Position numbers and translations under genes: made by a program
Assembly: GCA_036339465.1 (NCBI GenBank)
Contig: JAYZAY010000097.1
Coordinates: forward strand, 1-42,413
Direction of reading: 5' to 3'
DNA length: 42,413 nt
DNA from: Myxococcota bacterium
GTDB lineage: Bacteria; Myxococcota; XYA12-FULL-58-9; JABJBS01
The notes under the pieces: model-generated
Database searches by the model: none
The model's input: the letters and a program-made list of their open reading frames with translations, nothing else
Told to the model about the DNA's origin: nothing
Shown: in pieces, positions 38,073-42,413 of the stretch
Position numbering within the stretch: position 1 is the stretch's first letter
How the letters are laid out: each line of letters begins with the position of its first letter

Positions 38073-39386
38073 TTACGCTCCCAACGCTGCTTTTCTAACG
38101 GCGTCAAAATCATCGGCGACTTCCCTGGGAACTTGGGCCTGGCCTAGGTCCACATCGGGAATCTCATTGGTGGTGGCCTTGGTCTTAAATTCCGTGAATT
38201 TTAAACCGTGAGCGGTGGAGATAACAACGATTTGTTCACCCTTTTGGATGAGATTGTCTTGAATGCCTTTTTCCGTAGCCGCCATGGCGACGGCGGTGTG
38301 GGGGCAGAGATAGAGTCCGTGGGCGTCGGCTTTGAGGGCCGCGCAGGTGAGCTCTTCTTCGGAGATGGACATCACAATTCCATCGGTGGCCTGGAGAGCT
38401 TTCACTGCTTTGGGATAGGAGACGGGATTGCCGATGCGAATGGCGCTGGCCTGGGTTTCTTGGGCTTGGATGGGCTTCAGTGCTTTAAAGCCGCTTTGAA
38501 AGGCGTTGAAAAGAGGGTTGGCTTTTTCAGCCTGGGCACAGATGAATCGTGGGATTTTTGAAATGAGGTTGGCGTCTTTGAGCATTTGAAAACCCTTATA
38601 AAGGGCGGATACATTGCCGAGGTTTCCGCCGGGGATCACCACCCAATTTGGGACATTCCAGCCCAATCCTTGGGCAATCTCCAGGGCCACGGTTTTCTGA
38701 CCCTCGATACGCAGGCTGTTTTTTGAGTTGGCGAGATAGACATTTTCCGCTTCACACAGGGCCTGAACGTGTTTCATACAACCATCAAAGTCGGAATCGA
38801 TGGCGATGACTTTAGCACCATGGCTCAGGGGTTGCACTAGCTGTGCGGCGCTGATTTTGCCCTTGGGTAGGAGCACTAGGGTGGGGATACCTGCCGCGGC
38901 GCCGTAGGCCGCTAGGGCGGCTGAGGTGTCGCCTGTGGAAGCGCAAGCAATGGCGGGAATATGAATGCCCCGCCGCCTCATACTCTGAACCTGAGAGACC
39001 AAAACGGTCATGCCCAAATCTTTGAAAGAACCCGTCAGGGTATGACCACATTCCTTGGTGAGGAGCTCGATACCGAGATTTTCGCTGAGCCGGGGCGCAT
39101 TGACTAGGGCGGTGGCTCCCTCCCCCAGGGTTACTATATCTTCGTTGGGAATATCCGGTAGGACCCATTCCTTAAAACGCCAAACCCCCGAACCATGGGG
39201 GCCCGGCTGTCCTCCCAATCTGCCTTGAAAAGTGCGGCGCCACTCTTCGGGGGATTTGTTTAAAAGGGTCGATGGGTCATAGGATACTTCTAGAAGTGCG
39301 CCACATTCGCCACAATTGTAGCGAATGTCATCGAGGGCGTAGCGATTATGGCAACGTATACATGAAAATTGTGCCTGCCTGGTCAT
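38073..39386 (-). CDS. thrC: Threonine synthase
   Basis: TLGEG, TGSFKDLGM (PLP Lys), CASTGDTSAALAAY, PGGNLGN, STAHGLKF; N-terminal CxxC...CxxC. Confidence 0.95.
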   Translation of the reverse strand: MTRQAQFSCIRCHNRYALDDIRYNCGECGALLEVSYDPSTLLNKSPEEWRRTFQGRLGGQPGPHGSGVWRFKEWVLPDIPNEDIVTLGEGATALVNAPRLSENLGIELLTKECGHTLTGSFKDLGMTVLVSQVQSMRRRGIHIPAIACASTGDTSAALAAYGAAAGIPTLVLLPKGKISAAQLVQPLSHGAKVIAIDSDFDGCMKHVQALCEAENVYLANSKNSLRIEGQKTVALEIAQGLGWNVPNWVVIPGGNLGNVSALYKGFQMLKDANLISKIPRFICAQAEKANPLFNAFQSGFKALKPIQAQETQASAIRIGNPVSYPKAVKALQATDGIVMSISEEELTCAALKADAHGLYLCPHTAVAMAATEKGIQDNLIQKGEQIVVISTAHGLKFTEFKTKATTNEIPDVDLGQAQVPREVADDFDAVRKAALGA

Positions 39387-39544
39387 GGCACCACTATGCC
39401 TAAGATGCCCAACAAATCAAATGTGTGACCAGACTTCCCTGAAATGACTTGAAAAGTGTTTAAAATAGACGAGATAAGGGTATAATTGACTTGATGGGAA
39501 GGTGGACTCACTGCTAGAGGTTGTCCAAGTTTGGAGTGATAAAC

Positions 39545-39922
39545 ATGAGCTTAATTCAGATTGAATCAGCGCAACCCTCGATGGCTTTGGCACCGATGCC
39601 TATTCAAATTACAGCGACGGCGGCCAAAATGGTGCAAGAGGCCATGGCCCAGGAGGAGTTGGCCAACCACGGTCTGCGGGTGGGGGTTACGGGCGGAGGA
39701 TGTTCTGGATTGCAATATCTTCTGGATTTCGAAGAGCTGCCCCACACCTTGGATTTCGTGGAGCATCAACATGGCGTGGAAGTTTTTATCGACCCGTTTA
39801 GTGCAGCCCATCTCAAGGGCACGGTTATCGACTATGTTGATAGCCTTCAGGGTTCTGGCTTTAAATTCCAAAACCCGAATATTGTTCGCTCTTGTGGGTG
39901 CGGAAGTTCTTTCCAAACCTGA
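39545..39922 (+). CDS. A-type Fe-S cluster carrier (IscA/ErpA/HesB family)
   Basis: GGGCSGLQY, IDYV, GFKFQNPN, SCGCGSSF; TATAAT at 39481-39486 upstream. Confidence 0.95.
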   Translation: MSLIQIESAQPSMALAPMPIQITATAAKMVQEAMAQEELANHGLRVGVTGGGCSGLQYLLDFEELPHTLDFVEHQHGVEVFIDPFSAAHLKGTVIDYVDSLQGSGFKFQNPNIVRSCGCGSSFQT

Positions 39923-39951
39923 AATACCCGTTATCCTTCGATTTGAATTCA

Positions 39952-41724
39952 TTACATAGAAATGGAGCCCTTGCGGAAATCCGTGGGGGCGATGTGGATG
40001 TTGACCAGCACGGGAAATCCCTCTTTGTACCAGGCTTTGGCTTGTTTGAGCCCGGGTTTAATCTCACTGGCCTGGGTGATTAACACGCCCTTGCCCCCAT
40101 AGCCCTCGGCGACGATGTGATAATCAGTTCGGAGAAGGCGGGTTCCCACGGCGGTTCCGAGCATTTCTACTTGTTCGCGTGCAATTTGAGCCCATGATGC
40201 GTCTGTGCCTACCACGGCTATCACCGGCATTTGATGTCTGACAAAGGTGTCGAATTCGGCTAGGCTATAGGCCGCGGAACCATCGCCGTAAATAATCCAT
40301 CGCTCTGAATCAGGTCGGGCCACGCCCGCACCGGTGGCAAAGCCTCCCCCCACACCGAGGGTACCGAAAACCCCAGGGTCTAACCAGCTAAGTGGGCTTC
40401 GGGGGCGAAGGATATAGGACGCCGTGGCTACAAAATCGCCTCCATCCACAATTAAGACCGATTTATCATCCAATTGTTTCTCGATTTCTTGGCACACTTG
40501 AAGGGGGTTTACGTATTCAGCGGGTGTGTATTTGGCTTGGCTTTCAATTTCCTCTTCGCGCCCTCTTTCGTTGCGCCGTAGGGTATTAATCCAGCCCTCC
40601 CATTTGCCGTAGGTTTTGGGCATTCGGTGACCAAGCTCGATTAGAAAGTCACCGGCATCGGCATGGATCGCCAAATCGGGTTTGCGGTTTTTGCTTAAAT
40701 CCCGGGGGCAACGATTGGCGGAAATGAGCTTTGCCTTTGAGGAAATACTTCGGCCGTATCCGAGCCGGAAGTCGAAGGGAAAACCAACCACGAGCACCAC
40801 GTCTGCCTCTTTTAGGGCTTTTCCACGGCGATGCCTAAATTGGATATTGCTTCCGGTGCCCAGAAGACCCCGGCCCATGCCGCCTAAGTAAGTTGGTATG
40901 CCCATTCTGCTTAGCGCTTTTCCGATGAGGTGCGCTTTGTTTGCTTGGGCCAGGGCTTGACTGCCCAATACCACCACCGGCCTTTCGGAGTTAGACAACC
41001 AAGTGACGGCCTGGGCTAGATCTTCGAAGTCCAGTTCAGGAATGAATGGCTCGATGGGGGGATTTGCCCATTGGTTTTCGTTTTCGGAAAAGAGTTTTCC
41101 CAAATGGTGATTGAGGTAAAGTTTGAGGGCCTTACTGCCCAGGTTTGTGGCTTTGTCAACGCCGGTTTCTCTCATGTACCATTCTCGGATGGTTGTTTCA
41201 TCATAGAGCAAGTCCACGGGAAGTTCGATGAAAACGGGACCAGGTACGCCGCTTTGGCTGATGCGAAAAGCGCGTTCCATATTCGGAATGATTTCTTTGA
41301 CGGTCTGACAGCTGGCAGACCATTTAACGTGGGGGGCCATCAGGCTCATTTGGTCGATGTCTTGGAGGGAGCCTCTCCCCTTTAGAATCGTTGCAGTTGC
41401 TCCCCCTAGGACAATGACTGGAGATTGGGCCATTTGGGCGTTTTTGACCGCGGTGATGGTGTTGGTAAGCCCAGGTCCTGCGGTGACGGCGGCGATGCCT
41501 GGAATGCCGGTCATTCGCGCCAAAGCATCTGCGGCAAAGACCGCGTTTTTTTCATCTCGGACATCAACGACCTTGATATGTTTTTGCTCTGCAGCGGCGA
41601 GGATTGGAGAAATATGGCCTCCGCAAAGGGTAAATATGGCCTGCACGCCGTGTTGTTTAAGGACTTCGCCGACTAAGTGACCACCGTTCATGGCTGATTT
41701 CCCCTGGTGTGAATTGGAGTGCAT
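39952..41724 (-). CDS. ThDP-dependent enzyme, acetolactate-synthase-like / ILVBL(HACL2)-like
   Basis: [48 protein letters not shown], terminal [10 protein letters not shown]. Start may be ATG 41691. Confidence 0.92.
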   Translation of the reverse strand: MHSNSHQGKSAMNGGHLVGEVLKQHGVQAIFTLCGGHISPILAAAEQKHIKVVDVRDEKNAVFAADALARMTGIPGIAAVTAGPGLTNTITAVKNAQMAQSPVIVLGGATATILKGRGSLQDIDQMSLMAPHVKWSASCQTVKEIIPNMERAFRISQSGVPGPVFIELPVDLLYDETTIREWYMRETGVDKATNLGSKALKLYLNHHLGKLFSENENQWANPPIEPFIPELDFEDLAQAVTWLSNSERPVVVLGSQALAQANKAHLIGKALSRMGIPTYLGGMGRGLLGTGSNIQFRHRRGKALKEADVVLVVGFPFDFRLGYGRSISSKAKLISANRCPRDLSKNRKPDLAIHADAGDFLIELGHRMPKTYGKWEGWINTLRRNERGREEEIESQAKYTPAEYVNPLQVCQEIEKQLDDKSVLIVDGGDFVATASYILRPRSPLSWLDPGVFGTLGVGGGFATGAGVARPDSERWIIYGDGSAAYSLAEFDTFVRHQMPVIAVVGTDASWAQIAREQVEMLGTAVGTRLLRTDYHIVAEGYGGKGVLITQASEIKPGLKQAKAWYKEGFPVLVNIHIAPTDFRKGSISM

Positions 41725-41745
41725 AGTTGTTGCATCGTTGATCTA

Positions 41746-42113
41746 AGACATCAAGGTAGGATGTCTGGAATTTTGGATGTTTAGCCAAAGGTTTGTTGTG
41801 CGTCCGATTTTCACCGAAAGACGAAATTGGCTAGGGGAAGGAGAGGGTTTTGAGACCTCCACTTTGATCCTCTCCACGTTCATTTTTCTTAGCGGGCGCG
41901 CTTGGTTCAGCAGGTTCTTTGGAGAGTTCTAGAAGCATGCCTTTTGCCTAATGAAGGCATGTTTCGGATGAAGTGATCCTGCGCTTTTACTTTGCATTCT
42001 CGGCTGCGGCAGGCCCCAAAAGGCCTTGACCCGGGGCCAGATACTTATTGTGTTTCTTTGGGGCTCACGATCATACACAAATCATCTCCGCACGTGCAGG
42101 CCGTGGTGTGATC
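41746..42113 (+). ncRNA. Candidate structured non-coding RNA next to the HNH gene
   Basis: Six consecutive inverted repeats; G-T pairs favour the + strand. Expression unproven. Confidence 0.35.
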
Positions 42114-42211
42114 TCCGGTCTAATAAATCATAAGTTCGGCCGCTAGAGCCCGAGGCTTAAACACCACGCCACTTTCCCATCCACTGGGCGCCAAAGGTTT
42201 GTTGCGCGTCC
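41784..42211. repeat. 22-bp direct repeat (21/22 identical) at 41784-41805 and 42190-42211
   Basis: gccaaaggtttgttgTgcgtcc vs gccaaaggtttgttgCgcgtcc. Confidence 0.9.
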
Positions 42212-42411
42212 CATTGATTGTGTAGACGGCATAGAAGCGTGAGGTTTTGAGGAGAGTGTTGCCCGCCCAGAAAGAAGGCTTGAAGGTGATGATACTCCAA
42301 ACCCTGCTTTTCCTTACATCTATGACCGGAGCTGGAGGTAAAGGTGCATTGAAAGTTGTCCCGATCTGCCACCTCACGCTTGATAGCGCTTGGAATGTGG
42401 CGGCCTGTCGC
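42157..42411 (-). CDS. HNH endonuclease, C-terminal part (gene truncated by the window edge)
   Basis: Frame open from the edge: ATGRHIPSAIKREVADRDNFQCTF...RC...LEYHHLQAFFLGGQHSPQNLTLLCRLHN, a beta-beta-alpha-Me HNH motif. Confidence 0.9.
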   Translation of the reverse strand, partial: ATGRHIPSAIKREVADRDNFQCTFTSSSGHRCKEKQGLEYHHLQAFFLGGQHSPQNLTLLCRLHNQWDAQQTFGAQWMGKWRGV

Positions 42412-42413
42412 TT

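Noticed and set aside
39445..39494. TGACTTGA direct repeat as an IscR/Rrf2 site upstream of the Fe-S carrier
   Set aside because: Only partial resemblance; too weak to call without comparative data.
41830..41880. tRNA-like fragment
   Set aside because: No TTCGA T-loop, cloverleaf or CCA end.
41743..41883. 46-aa minus-strand ORF (MNVERIKVEV...)
   Set aside because: No SD or recognisable motif; overlaps the inverted repeats.
42120..42377. 85-aa minus-strand ORF
   Set aside because: Alternative frame of the HNH coding sequence.

Overview
Chromosomal, mostly housekeeping window from a Gram-negative bacterium. The Cys-rich lipoproteins, TPR-zincin protein, J-protein type and HNH type suggest a moderate-GC Myxococcota/deltaproteobacterial lineage (inference). 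Recognisable genes: pepA, holB, a KamA-family radical SAM enzyme, a GT9 heptosyltransferase, pgsA, an SLT transglycosylase, nadB, a Ca/Na antiporter, Leu/Phe/Val dehydrogenase, hrpB, rnr, tsf, rpsB (with its structured leader), an ABC-2 transporter, thrC, an A-type Fe-S carrier and an ILVBL-like ThDP enzyme. Two regions stand out. (1) An 8-gene minus-strand PspA (bacterial ESCRT-III) cluster at ~29.6-36.0 kb: a J-domain protein with a PspA-like N-terminal helix, a YbjN/CesT-like chaperone, PspA, DUF4178, a membrane spermidine-synthase-like protein, an EF-hand/RSGGFG-tail protein, tandem DUF350 and an unknown protein. (2) An edge-truncated HNH endonuclease gene followed by a ~370-nt hairpin-dense non-coding region that carries a 22-nt near-perfect copy of the HNH 3' coding sequence, a candidate nuclease-associated RNA. 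No rRNA, tRNA, CRISPR array or transposase was seen. All family calls come from motif recognition by eye; no searches were run.
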